From Leucoraja erinacea (lineage: Eukaryota), in NCBI RefSeq assembly GCF_028641065.1, contig NC_073383.1:45136001-45200000 (forward strand): DNA of 64,000 nt. Direction: 5' to 3'. The notes beneath the pieces were generated by a model. The model was not told the DNA's origin, made no database searches, and saw nothing but the letters and a program-made list of their open reading frames with translations. The translations under genes and the position numbers were made by a program. This document shows, in pieces, positions 47,190-60,558 of this stretch (position 1 is the first letter of the stretch; the number at the start of each line of letters is the position of its first letter).

Positions 47190-48644
47190 GTTTTGCCTGA
47201 TAGGTCAGTACTTGGAATGAGTGATTGGAAGGTAGAGGTTAGGACCAGTCAGTCTCAAAGGAAGGTGAGGCAGGGAGAGGTGAAGAAATATGGTGCTACT
47301 CATGGGCTAAAGTATGATTATTTTAATTCAATGCATGTGGGATTGCAGGGAAAGCAGATTAATTTAGAGCCTCAATCGGTCCTTGGGGCTATGATGTTCT
47401 GGCCATTGCAGAACATTGTTTGCAAGAGCTACACGTCTGGCAATCAATCCGGGGTTTGAATGAGAATGGATAAAAGAGGTGGAAGAGGTTTGCTACCAAC
47501 AGGGAGACTGTCACGGCACACTCAGAGAGGACATACTGGAGGGTTCATCCAATGAGGTGAGCTTGAAGAAAGATGCATGCACCGTAATAGGATTGTACCA
47601 CAGGCCCCTTCAATAGCAAGCAGGAGATGAAGGAAAAGATCTGTGGACAGGTTCCGGAGAGATGCCAATGCAAAAGAGTTGCCTTTGTGGGTGACTAACT
47701 TACTCAATATTGACAAACTTGCTCAGTGCCAAAGATTATACGGACAGTATTTGTGACGTTTATCTAAGAGGGTTTGTTGAAACTATATGTGGATAAGAGA
47801 AGGGTACATACTGGACCTTGTAATAGGAAATGAAGGGCAGTGGATGTTGTCTACATGGATTTTAGTAAGGCATTTGATCTGTTCACCCTGGTAGGCTGAT
47901 ACAGAAGGTCAGGTTGCAGGGGATTAACAATGCTAATGGTTGTATGGATTCAGAACTGGTGAGGAAGTATGCAGCATGATCTAGATTAACTTCAGAAATG
48001 GGTGGGGAAATGGCAAATGGAGTTTAATCCGAGCAAGTGTGAGGTTTTGCACTTTGGGAGGTCAAATGTAAGGGGAAAATATACAATTGATGACATGACC
48101 TTGAACAGCATTGATGTGCAGAGGGATCTTGAAGTTCAAGTCCATAACTCCAAAAGTGGCAAAACAAGTCAAGTCAAGTCAAGTTTATTTGTCACATACA
48201 CATACGAGATGTGCAGTGAAATGAAAGTGGCAATGCTTGCGGACTTTTGTGCAAAAGACAAACAACAAAACAACCAAACAAATTATAAACATAATCATAA
48301 CACACATATTCTTTTACATAATAAATAATGGAAGGAAAAACGTTCTGTAGAGATAGCAGTAAAGAAGGCATTTGGCATGCTTGGTTTCAGTGGTCGGGGC
48401 ATTGAGTATTGGAGTCAGGAAGCTTTGTAGGATTTTGGTTTGGTCTTATTTGGAATATTCTGTGCAGATCTGGTCTTCCCATTACAGGAAGGATATGGGG
48501 GCTTTGGAAAGGATGCATAGGAGGTTTACCAGATGGATGACTGGATTGGATGTATTAGCTGTAGCAGGGGTTTGGACAGACTTGGATTGTTTTCTCTGGA
48601 ATGCCGGAGACTGCGGGGAGACCTGATAGAACTATATAAAATTA
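47190..48644 (+). mobile_element. Old CR1 remnant hosting Rex tail and Helitron; continues 51403-51560 and 52690-52890
   Basis: WQMEFNPSKCEVLHFGR and LEYSVQIWSSHYRKD motifs; rejoins across insertions. Confidence 0.8.
48165..48352 (-). mobile_element. Rex/Babar 3' tail fragment
   Basis: Near-identical to 51561-51745; (CTTGA)n tail. Confidence 0.85.
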
Positions 48645-49999
48645 CTAGACTAAGTGGGACCCATTGGGTCCCTGTCACACGGGAGGCCTGATCCCCCAAC
48701 GTAATATTCCTCCACTCACCCGTTTCCCCCAATGCAACCCGTCCCCCCAAAGCAATATTGCACCGCTCGCCCGTTTCCCCCTCCCCCCAATGCAACCCAT
48801 CCCCCCAAAGCAATATTGCACCACTCACGCAGCCCCCAACTGCGCAGGCACGGCTCATTTCCCATCATCCCCCAGCACTCCCTCTCCTCTTCACCCTCCC
48901 TCTTCTTTCCCCTCTCCTCCTCCCCGCCCCAAGCCGTCCCTCACCTCTCCCTCTGTCTCCGTTCCGGTACCCTCAGTCACTCCCTCCCTCCCACCCTCCA
49001 TAACTCCTCCCCTCCTATCCTATCCCCCACTCCTCACCTCCCTATCCCCCCCCACTATACCTCCTGACCTCCCCCACTACTCTCCTCTCCCTCTATTCCC
49101 CACTCCCTACCTCGCCCACTCTCCCCTCCCCTCCCTCTATTCCTCCTCCTCCCCCACTCTCCTCACCTCCCCCACTTTCCCCCTCTCCCTTTCTTCCCCT
49201 CCCTCAATCCACACTCCCTCCTCGCCTCCCCAGGATCTTTCCCCTCTCCTCCTCCCTTCCCCCAATCCCTCACCTCTCCCTCTCCTTTCCCCTACCCTCA
49301 GTCACTGCCTCCCTCCCTCTAGAGACTGCGGGTAGGGGAAAGGAGAGGGAGAGGTGAATAAATCACCTCCATCCATAAAAAGCAGCATCTGCAGTTCCTT
49401 CCTTCACAGGTCATTCATTGTTAGCTGTGATTTAGATCCCGTTGACTTGACGATTGGACCAGTTTGAATCGCAAGCGCACGCGTGCGTGCGTAATTCCGC
49501 GCAAACTGCTCGGCCCGCGCAAACTGCTCCGGCTCAGCTGCCGCTCGGCCCGTCCCCGTCCTGGCCGAACGCCCGCTGCTGGTGTTCGGCCCATCCCTGC
49601 CCACCTGCTGCTGCCACTCGGCCCGTCCCTGCCCTGCCCACCCACCTACCTGCTCGTCGCTGCCGCCTGGGAGAGGGGTAGAGAGGGAGAGCGTGACTGG
49701 GGTAGAGAGGGAGGGGGAGGGGCAGAGAGGGAGGGTGGTAGAGATTGATGGGAAGGGGGGCGCGTGGCGTCACGGAAGAGGGCTGGTCCCCGAATGCAAT
49801 ACACCACCACTCACCCATAGGTCCCAATACTCATCACTCCCTAGAGAGGGAGGGGTAGAGGGGGAGGGGTTAGAGAGGAAGGGGGAGGAGTAGCGAGGGA
49901 GGGGGTGTTGGCTGCATTTTAGAGGCAGCGGGGAAGAGGGAGGGAGGTGTGAATAACCAGGGGGTTTGAATAACCCAGCGGGGTGTGTGATGTGTATAA

Positions 50000-50030
<31 letters not shown>

Positions 50031-50074
50031 AATTGTGAATAACCTGGGGTGAAGGGTTCGAGGGTGGAATAAAC

Positions 50075-50146
<72 letters not shown>

Positions 50147-51402
50147 TGCTGCCTGTTTTTGATGCGGTTTCCGATTCTCTGTGAGTTTGGCCAGGCCCCG
50201 ACTACATCTTTGTTCCATCGGCGGCCGACTTTTGGGCGGTGTAGGGGGGTGTGAATAACCCCCGGCGGGGGGGGGGGGGGGGGGGGGGGGGGGGGAGGGG
50301 GGGGGATGGGCTGTGAATACTCCGGGGGGGTTTGACATTCGAAGAGCGTGGAAGGTACGGCTAGCCGAGCCATTGTGACGTCATCAGTGAAAGCTGGTCA
50401 TTTTAAATTTAAAGTCTTTTGATGTTTTTAAACCTTACTTTTAATAAGTAACAAGTCGAGAAATAAAGCATAAAATGTTCAGTCAAGGTGATCTCAGCCT
50501 AGAGGGGGGAAATGTGAATCAGAATATGTAAAAATGTTATCGTTACCGCGTAGTGTTTTTGCGAAGATGTAAAGACAACCACATATACACACACATATAT
50601 ATATACACACGTATATACTAGACCGTGCAGACCCGTTGGGTCTGCTTCCTCCAACCACCCGTTCCCTACCCGTTGTCCCCACGGGAGGCATGGTCCTCCA
50701 ACTCAAGCCGTTCTTGAACGTAAAGGAAGCTGATCACTGCTAGCCGAGCCATTGCGACTTCATCAGTTGAAGCTGGTCGTTTTTAATTCAAATTGTGTTG
50801 ATTTTTTTAAAGTTTAATCAGTAATACGTAGAGATATAAAGCATAAAATGTTCAGTGAAGGTGCTCTCTGCCTAGAGGGGAAAAATGTGAATCAGAATAT
50901 CTTAAAATCTTGTGAAAGTTCGCATTTTTAAAGCTTTAATCGCGAATAACGGGAAATATAGGATGAAATCCTCAGTGAAGCTGATCACTGCTAGCCAAGC
51001 CATTGTGACGTCATCACTGAAAGCTGGTTGTTTTAAATTCAGTCTTTTGATGTTTTAAAACTTCTTACTTTTAATCTGTAATAAGTCGAGAAATAACGCA
51101 TAAAGTGTTCAGTGATGTCATCAGTTGATGCTGGTCGTTTTAAATTCAAAGTCTTTTGATTTTTTTAAACATTTAATCTGTAATATGTCGAGAAATAAAG
51201 CAGAAAATGTTCAGTGAAGGTGTTCTCTGCTTAGAGGGGAAAAATGTCAATCAGAATATGTAAAAATATAATCGTTACCACGTGGTGTTTTTGCGAAGAT
51301 GTAATGACAACCACATATACACACACATATACACACATACAAGATCAGACTTTTAATAAGTATATGATAAATGTATGATATGATATGATATGATATGATA
51401 GA
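48645..51402 (-). mobile_element. Composite non-autonomous Helitron (two 3' ends), inserted at A|T without TSD
   Basis: Minus-strand 3' GGGACCC-AAT-GGGTCCC-ACTTAGTCTAG ending at 48645; second terminus GCAGACCC-AAC-GGGTCTGC-ACGGTCTAG ending at 50618; 5' TC at 51402; host CR1 rejoins as aaaatta|tgaaaggc. Confidence 0.85.
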
Positions 51403-51560
51403 TGAAAGGCATAGATAGGGTAGACGGTCAGAATCGGTATACCAGGATGGAAAAATCAAATGCTAGGACCCATAGCTTTATGATGAGAGGGTCAAAGTTT
51501 AAAGGAGATATATACGGGGCTTTTTTTTTTAACACCCAGAAGAATGAGAATGCCTGGAAT

Positions 51561-52682
51561 GTCAAGTCAAGTCAAGTTTATTTGTCACATACACATACGA
51601 GATGTGCAGTGAAATGAAAGTGGCAATGCTCGCGGACTTTTGTGCAAAAGACAAACAACAAAACAACCAAACAAATTATAAACACAATCATAACACACAT
51701 ATTCTTTTACATAATAAATAATGGAAGGAAAAATGTTCTGTAGAGTTAGTCCCTGGTGAGATAGGAGTTTACAGTCCAAATTGCCTCTGGGAAGAAACTC
51801 CTTGTCAACCTCTCCGTTCTCACCGCATGGCAACGGAGGCGTTTGCCTGACCGTAGCAGCTGGAACAGTCCGTTGCAGGGGTGGAAGGGGTCTCCCATGA
51901 TTTTGTTTGCTCTGGAGTTGCACCTCCTGTTGTATAGTTCCTGCAGGGGGGTGAGTGAAGTTCCCATAGTGCGTTCGGCCGAACGCACTACTCTCTGCAG
52001 AGCCTTCTTGTCCTTGGCAGAGCAATTCCCAAACCAGATGGTAATGTTCCCGGACAAGATGCTTTCCACCGCCGCTACGTAGAAGCACTGGAGGATCCTC
52101 GGAGACACTCTGAATTTCCTCAATTGCCTGAGGTGGTAAAGGCGCTGCCTTGCCTTACTCACGAGTGCTGAGGCGTGTGATGCCCATGTCATATCCTCAG
52201 AGATGTGGACTCCCAGATATTTAAAACAGTTCACCCTATCCACAGGATCCCCATTTATCCTCAATGGAGTGTACGTCCTCGGATGATGTGCCCTCCTAAA
52301 GTCCATGATCAGCTCCTTCGTTTTTTTGATGTTCAAGAGGAGGCTGTTATCCTGCCACCAGAATGCTAGATCAGCCACCTCCTCCCGGTAGGCCTTCTCA
52401 TCGTTGTCTGAGATCAGGCCCACCACCACAGTGTCATCAGCAAACTTAATTATTGAATTGGAGCTGAACCTAGCCACACAGTCATGTGTGTACAGGGAGT
52501 ACAATAGGGGGCTGAGGACGCAACCCTGGGGCGATCCTGTGCTCAGGGTGAGGGACTCCGATGTATTCCCTCCCATCTTGACTACCTGGGGCCTGGCGGT
52601 GAGAAAGTCCAGGACCCAGGCACACAGGGAGGTGTTGAGCCCCAATTCCATTCGCTTCCCAGCCAGTCTGGTGGGGACTATC
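51561..52682 (-). mobile_element. Rex/Babar LINE, 5'-truncated, open RT C-terminal half
   Basis: [51 protein letters not shown] motifs; (CTTGA)n tail. Confidence 0.93.
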
Positions 52683-53976
52683 ATGTGTGATATGTGCTGC
52701 CAGGGGTAGTAGTTGAGGCAGACACAATAGTGGCATTTAAGAGGTTTTTGGATAAGCATATTGATTTGCAGGGAATTAATGAATATGGATTATGAGCAGG
52801 CAGATAGAAGTTACTTTTGGCATCATGTTCGGCACAGACATTCTCAGCCGGAGGGCCTGTCTTCTACTCTACTGTTCTATCTTCTATGTTCTAAAGGATA
52901 AAGCAGATTGTGTGGGGTGAAGAAGAATCCTTTCCAAATCTATCTGGGCATAGGCATGAGTTAGTCCTGTTGCATTTGCTACCTTCCACAGAGGAAGGAA
53001 ATCATGGAGTGAAAGCTAAAACATTCTTCAAGATCTGCAGCAGCTCAATTTTACAAATTGTAATTGAAATGTTGAAGGTCTTGCCCTTCACTGGTTCTTT
53101 TGCTGGGATAACTGATGCTGTTCACACACAGCTTTGTCCAACTTGGTAATATGAGTGGGGAGATGATGGAGGGTTGTTTTCGCGATTGGAAGCCCGTGAC
53201 CCGAGGAGTACTATAGAAATCTATGCTGGAAACCTTGCTGTTTAACAAGTTGGGTGTGAATGTAGGATGAATAAGAAACAGCAGATGCTGGAACCTTGAA
53301 CCAAAGGCAAACTGCTGGAGGATTTGAGTGGGTCAGGCAACATGGATGAAACTGGACAGACAATGTTTCAGGACAGGACGCTTGTCCAGACATGAATGCA
53401 GTTGGTACAAGTAGTAAGTTTGCAGTAGAAACAAAAAAATGTGATGTTGACAATGAGGACAATCTCCTGCTACAGAATGATACTGATCAGCAGGTTAGTT
53501 CGGCTAAGCATTGATAAAAATAATTTCATTCTGATACTTGTGACATGCTGTATTTTGGGAAGAGTAGCTGAGTTGAACAAGGGCAGGAGAAATGCCATGA
53601 ATGGTGGGCCGCAGAGAGTATTGAGGAACAAAAAGACTGTACAAGTCCAAAAATACCTGAAGGTGGCAGCATAGGGTGCAAATAAGGCATGTAGAATGTT
53701 TGCCTTTAATAGAAAAGATATAGAGTATAAGAACAGAGAGGTCTTCGTACATTTTCATAAAACAATGATTCAGCCATATTGTGTGCGATTCTGATTATCA
53801 AACTATAGAATTGCGCTAGAGTGAGTGCACAAGAGATTCACCAGGATATTGCCTGGGTTAGAGCGTTCAGTTATGAGGAGAGATTAGATACATTGTGTTT
53901 GTTTTATGGATTCATAGATTTATGCAGCACGGAAATGGGCCCTTTGGTCCAACTCGTCCATGCTGACCAAAGTGCC

Positions 53977-56900
53977 TGTAGCATTGGCTATAGCATGTTA
54001 GCCAATTAGAATGCTTAGTAATTATAACCTTGCCTAATTGTAACATTCATAGTGTAAGATCCTGCCCACTGCTTGCCAGTCTGAGTAGCTGTGTGAACAT
54101 GCTGTGTAGTTGATGACCTGAACAATAAAGATGCTTGTGTTTCAACCCGTGTGAGTTTCAGCTCTTTACATGGTGTCAGATCGGGTCTGCCCCACGTCTG
54201 TTTATCGCGATTTATTCCGTTTACCAGTTTTTATTTTTGTGTTTTTTGTGATTTGGGAACATGGCTAGCTCTTGTCGAAAGCCTAGCCCGCTTGTGTTTG
54301 ATTCTGATATCGCCGAGCGATGGAGATTGTTTGAGAAAGATTACTCTCATTATATACACATCGTTCACCGCAACGATCCCGACGATTTGAAGGCTTTGCT
54401 ACTGTTGAATTTAGCGGGTCCGGAGGCTATGATCCGCGCTGATTCATTTGAATTTGCACCTGCCCAACTGGATGCGAATGGACAGGTATTGGTGCCAGCA
54501 GAATCTATAGATAACTCGATGATGTTGCTGAGAAAGTTCAGAGAACTGTGTGACCTACCGTCCAATAGAATCCTTGAGAGGACAAGATTTTTTGCCCGAG
54601 TGCAACAGCCTGATGAACCTGTGGAACGATTCATCAGCGACATGAGACACATCAGTTTTCGATGCAGATTTGGTGAGATAACAAATGAACTTGTTAGAGA
54701 TAAAATTGTGGGAGGAATGAGTGACCAAAAGCTGTGAGCTGAACTATTACGAAATGCAGACCTACCTTTAGATCAGGCTATTCATGCTTGTCTGATGGCT
54801 GAGACTGTGGCACCACTGGCTGATTATGATAGCGCGAATGCTTATCAACAACTAAGTGTGAATATGGCTAGTTACTCTCCGCAAAGATTTCTTAATGCAT
54901 CCAGCAATGTTCAGAACATGCCTAACACGAGGTGCACAAACTAACTATTTCCACCCCAGGGGGCGCCAATTTTGCATAGCTTATGGGAAAGTATGTCATA
55001 ATTGCAAAAAACCAACCACTTTGCTAATTGTTGTTGGTCTAGTGGGAGTACAGGTCCAAGGTCGAAGCTGCACCTGATTCAACAAGACCCGTCGGATTCT
55101 CATGAACAAGCCGAATCTTCCTACGGGAACGTCTCTGATAGCTCAGACACTGAGTCTGCCGTGCTTTCCCTAAACCTGCGCACCACAGGCAAAGTTACTG
55201 ATCCTGCTGTGACCATGATAGTCAATAACAAACCACTGATCGCCAAGGTCGATAATGGTGCCCGCGTGAACGTCATGTCACTCAAAGTGTTCAACAAGAT
55301 AAGAACCACTGAGCGCATGTGAAAAGACTCCTCCACCTTACATGCTTATGGAGGGGAAATTCTACACCCACTGGGCAAAGCCGATTTCAAATGTACCATC
55401 AATGAACAGACCAAGGACTTGCTATTCTACATCATTTAGCCAAGTTCTGAAACCCTGCTAGGCATCGATGCGTGCCATAACCTGGGTTTGGTCTATTTCG
55501 GGTGTGCTATTCACAAACTCTGTTTGACAGAGGGACCACCAAAACAGGTGCTATCCAACTACAAAGACTTGTTTGACAACCAACTCGGCAAACTACCTAC
55601 AATATATAAGATCATTGTCGACCATACAGTCACCCTCACCGCATCCCGCATGGTATACGTGAGCAAATACACGATGAACTTAAACATATGGTCTCCATCG
55701 GGGTCCTCGCCAAAGTCAGCGAGCCTTCTGCTTGGGTCTCCACCATGGTTGTCACCACAAAGAAAGACAAGAAGGAGTTACGCATCTGCATCAATCTTAA
55801 AGATTTGAACACAGCAATCAAACACCAACACTATCCTATGAGGACCATCGAGGACGTTGCAGCACAAATCGGTAACGCAACGGTTTTCGCAGTCTTGGAT
55901 GTCAAAAACTCATTTTGGAAAAAACCCGTTAGATCATGCCTCATCGGCATTAATAACATTCGCCACCCCGTTTGGACGTTACTGGTTCCTAGGAAATGCC
56001 CTTTGGGATCAACTTTGCCAGCGAAGTCTTCCAGCATGCAATGGAACAACTGTTTGCAGAATTCCCCTGTGCTATCATAGTTGATGACATTCTAGTTTAT
56101 GGCCGCGATGCCACCGAGCACGATGCAAGCATACGTAAAGTACTGGACCGTGCCAGAGACATCAACTTAAAGCTGAACCCACTTAAATGCAAGTTCAGGG
56201 TTTCCGAAGTCACTTACGTAGGTCACGTGTTCACTAGCAACGGACTAAACCCAGACCCATTGAAGACTGCAGCAATCAATGAGCTGCCAGTACCAACTGA
56301 CGTCACCAGCCTACAACGATTTCTAGGCATGGTTAATTACCTGGGAAAGTTCATCCCCAATCTCAGCGATTTGTCAGCCCCCCTAGGTCAACTAACCCAC
56401 AAGGACAACACCTGGTCCTGGTACCCAAACCACCATCGAGCCTTCGAGACTTTAAAACTACAGCTCGCTAGTGCGCCAACTCTGTGTTACTTTAACCTCG
56501 ACCTGCCAGTTATAATCACCCGCGACACATCCCAGTATGGACTAGGCGCTGCATGCCTGCAGACCTCTCTCAACGGCGATGTTTTGCCGGTATCTTACGC
56601 TTCCAGAACACTAATGGATACCGAACAGCGCTATGCCCAGATATGAAAAGACCAGCGCCACCAGCGAACAACATCCTTACGAACATGAGGAATTCTCCGT
56701 TCTAAAGGTTTCTTTCGTTCCAACTGCCATGGATAAAACCTCCCAGCTGCTAACTTCTATCATTAAAGGCGGCTGGCCAAACAAACAATCCAACCAACGG
56801 GAAACACTATCTCGTGCTGGTGGATTTATACTCGAGTTGGTTTGAAATTGACTTTTTACCAACCATCTCCTCAGAATTAGTCATCCTGAAACTCCCTCAG

Positions 56901-58048
56901 CATTTCTCCGTACACGGCATTCCAGCCCGCCTTCAGACTGACCACGGGACCCAATTCTCCAGCCAAAAGTTCAAAGACTTTGCCAAACGCTGGAACTTTA
57001 AACATGCCACCAGCAGCCAAGAGTGCCCACAGTCCAACGGACTTGCCAAGCGCGCTGTTCGCAGTGCTAAACAACTTATGGGACGCTCCGTCCTGGCAAA
57101 ATCTGAACCTGAGGAATATAGGCAGAGACCGTGTTTTAGGCTCTCCAGCCCAACGACTGATGTCCCGACGGACAAGACCTCCACTGCCAGTGACTCAGGA
57201 TCACCTAAAGCCTAAAGTCCTCTGCCCTGCTGCAATTCAAACACGGGTACAATCCAATCGAGCCGCGCAGAAATGTGCCTACGACAAAACCAGTAAGCCA
57301 CTTAAACCACTGATCCAAGGCCCAGTGGTTCGTTTACAGACGAACAAAGGACATACCAAATTGGGGTTCATCCATGGCCCCGTGAAAGAGCCACGATCCT
57401 ACCTTGTCGATGTCGGCGGCACCATCTACAGACGCAACCGTCAACACATCCTTCCCGTGAAGGACCGACGTCCGGCGCTCCAGGGTCCTGATGCCCCTCC
57501 ACTGAACTTCAAAGTGATCGCTGTTCCAGTCGCTCCAATGCCTGCAGCTGCCATCTCCCGCCTGTCCCTGCGTCGGTCTACACCCCCACCCCCCCTTGTA
57601 CCCGGTTCACCTGTACCCCCGCAAAGGTCGTCCCCTATGGTGTCTCCCCAGAGCCCTGTTGGCTCACACAGGCGTGCCCTTAACTTTTCGGAGGAAAAGG
57701 TTGATGAGGCAGCCCACTACCGTACGCGGGCCGGGCGGGTTAGTAAGCCGCTTGTTAGATACGGCGACTATGTTTAACATTATTCGTAGATGTGGCATTT
57801 TGCATTTAACAATTTATTTACTCATCGTAGTGATAACGCTGTATCTACTTTTCATTTATAGAAGAAGAGATGTAGATTGGCTATAGCATGTTAGCCAATT
57901 ATAATGCTTAGTAATTATAACCCTGCCTAATTGTAACATTTATAGTCATGCCCACTGCTTGCCAGTCTGAGTAGCAGTGTGAACATGTGATGATCTGCTG
58001 TGTAGTTGATGACCTGAACAATAAAGATGTTTGTGTTTCAACCCGTGT
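53977..58048 (+). mobile_element. Decayed Ty3/Gypsy LTR retrotransposon
   Basis: 5' LTR 53977-54170 (TG..CA); PBS TGGTGTCAGA (tRNA-Leu-like); gag 54261- with Cys/His knuckle remnant; protease VDNGA; RT IIVDDILVYG; RNase H remnant; integrase TDHGTQF/PQSNGLA; PPT AGAAGAAGAGA 57860-57870; 3' LTR 57871-58048 truncated. Confidence 0.93.
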
Positions 58049-58224
58049 AGTCAGACTCAGGTGGGCTTGCAGCTCAGTCACTCAGGCCTGGTGGGCTTGC
58101 AGCTCAGTCACTCAGGCCTGGTGGGCTGACAGCTCAGGCCTGGTGGGCTGACAGCTCAGTCACTCAGGCCTGGTGGGCTGGCAGCTCAGAAACTGCCAGA
58201 AATTCTGCCCAGAACAGGTGAGAG

Positions 58225-58264
<40 letters not shown>

Positions 58265-58720
58265 AGAAGGGGAGAATCAATTTTAGACAGTTTCCATTTT
58301 TTTCTGCAAATCACAGCAATGAAGGAGGAAAGTCTATCCTGGCCTGGATCTCATGAAATTGCATTTTCATTTCCATTTCCATTTCAATTGCAAGCACAGG
58401 GCATGCAGAACAGCTCATTGCATTTTCATTTCATTTCCATTGCCATTCCAGTTTCCAGCACAGGGCAGGCCGAACAGCTGATTGCATTTTCATTTCACTT
58501 CCATTGCCATTGCAGTTTCAAGCACAGGGCAGGCCAAACAGCTGATTGCATTTTCCTTTCCATTGCAATTGCCGTTTCAAGCACAGGGCAGGCCAAACAG
58601 CTGATTGCATTATCAAAATTATCAAAACATTTCTGCATAAAAGGAGCGCTGCCCGCTTTTACCCCTGCCAGGAACGTTGCTCCTTGGAAACCTACCTGGG
58701 GCAATGCCCCCCTGGACCCC
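58049..58720. repeat. Minisatellite-rich segment, probably internal part of a DNA transposon
   Basis: ~30-bp unit GGTGGGCTTGCAGCTCAGTCACTCAGGCCT repeated about 5 times, (GA)n, ~64-bp unit GCACAGGGCAGGCCAAACAGCTGATTGCATT repeated about 4 times. Confidence 0.7.
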
Positions 58721-58730
58721 CATCTCTCTT

Positions 58731-59635
58731 AGGGGGCGCTGCACTGGCAGCAGCCTGTCGGCAGCGTGTCCGTTTTTTTTCAACTTTTTTTATTTTTTTA
58801 GTATGTTTAAAAGTCTGTTTTTAATGTTTCTTTGTGTGTTATGTGTGGGGGGTGGTGTGGGGGAAACCGTTTCGGCCGCCTCCTCCATGCAGAGGCGACT
58901 TTTTTTCAGATCGCCTCCACCGTGGCCTAACATCGAGGATCGGGCGGCCTTTCCCGGAGACGCGCCCGGAGCTTCAGCGGCGGGCGCAGCGTGGACTCTC
59001 AGCGCGGAGCGGGTGAGACCTCGCTGGGACTCGCTGGAGGGGAGTGCTCCATTACGCTGGCCCGCGGCAGCCGGCAGCCTGAAGCAGCGGTCTGCAGAGC
59101 TCCAGCTGGTGCGGCGTCTACAGCCCGGGATCCCTCGTGGAGGACCCGGGGGAAGAAGAAGCTTCCACCGCTGGCCCGTGGCCGTCTTCTACCGTGGGCG
59201 CGGTATGGACTTACCATATCCCCGGAGGGGAGCTTCGACCGCCGGCCCTGCAGACTGCGGTGCTTCCGGCTGCGGCACGGCAGGTACTTTAAAACTTTGA
59301 CCGCCGGCCTGCGGCCTACACCAGCCTGAAGCCGCGGTCTCTGGTTGGGAAGAGCCGATCCTGGACTCACCTTGACTTTGACTTTGTCCCTTACCATCTG
59401 GACGCCCGCAGCAACGGCTGTGGAGGGTGGAGGTCCCGACCACGGGGGAAAATGGAGGAGGACTGGCCAAGTTCTGTGCCTTCCACCACAGTGATGAATG
59501 CTGTGGTGGATGTTTGTGTAAAATTTTTATTGTGGTTGTGTGTTCTTTATTACTGTACCGCTGCTGGCAACCCAAATTCCACCGACCTTGGTTGTGTGGC
59601 AATTAAATTATATCTATCTTATATCTATCTATCTC
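58731..59635 (+). mobile_element. Non-coding GC-rich non-autonomous retroelement with (TATC)n tail
   Basis: Same architecture as 31867-32795: GGCGCTG head, T-tract, G-tract, 3' TCCACCACAG/CTGTGGTGGA hairpin, microsatellite tail. Confidence 0.65.
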
Positions 59636-60239
59636 TTCCTCTTTTTTCAGTTTTTTCCTGTCTCATGCCTGCTGCTAAGAAGAAGAGGGAAGTAAAGTAA
59701 TAGTAACGAATGCACAGCTTTCTGGTCAAACCCTATGTGGAGGACTTTGCATCACTGCTCCTTGGATGGTTTGCATTCTACACTTACCCAAATAATAGCA
59801 GGGCTAAAAGGCTAAAATCATATCAGATGTGATAGGTATTGCCTTTTTAAACTAGAGAACATTTACTAAGATGGGATCAAGGAAAGAGCTTTCACGACCC
59901 TGTTTTCACCAATCTTTCCACCACCATGCACAAGAAGCGCAAGATAGAAACCATTGCATGCAGATGCCGAGAAGTGTGTTCAGCTCTGGCTGAACAACTT
60001 CTAATCTTGTGTGTGGACTCGATAAGAAGATTTACTAAGATGTTCAAATTATTTCATATTACAGAGTGAAAATATTTCTCCTGATCGGAGAACATGCACA
60101 GTTGTGGGGAAGTATTAGGCACTGATATCTGGAAATCATTTACAGCCACATCCGTTGCTTCACAAAATAATTTGGGTGTTGTTGGGGAGGCCTGATCGAC
60201 TGAGAATTTCAAATTGAGATTGGTAGATTTTTATTTTGG

Positions 60240-60284
60240 GAGAAACGGGCCCTTTGGCCCACCGAGTGCGTGCCGACCAGCGAT

Positions 60285-60321
<37 letters not shown>

Positions 60322-60558
60322 ACACAACACCTACGCACACAAGGGACAATTTACACTTATACTTAATATACAAACCCAAAACAATTAACCTGCAAACATG
60401 TCTGTCTTTGGAGTGTGGGAGGAAACCAAAGATCTCAGAGAAAACTCACGGGGAGAATGTACAAACTCGGTACAGGCAGCACCCGTAGTCTGGGTCGAAC
60501 CTGGGTCTCTGGAGCAGCAAGCGCTGTAAGGCAACAACTCTACTGTTGCACCACCATG
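60240..60558 (-). mobile_element. V-SINE (HE1-like)
   Basis: Reverse complement has gtggtgcaacagtagagttgttgccttacagcgc head and V-domain. Confidence 0.8.

Noticed and set aside
49940-50340. Very long poly-G runs as G-quadruplex or poly-Pro coding region
   Set aside because: Very long homopolymers, like the poly-C next to the N gaps and at 60286-60321, are likely sequencing or assembly artefacts.
58049-58620. Possible CRISPR-like array
   Set aside because: Contiguous tandem units without unique spacers, eukaryotic context, no cas genes.
58677-59602. Cluster of overlapping 110-200 aa ORFs (also 32025-32609)
   Set aside because: GC-rich repeat with low stop density in all frames; no protein motifs.
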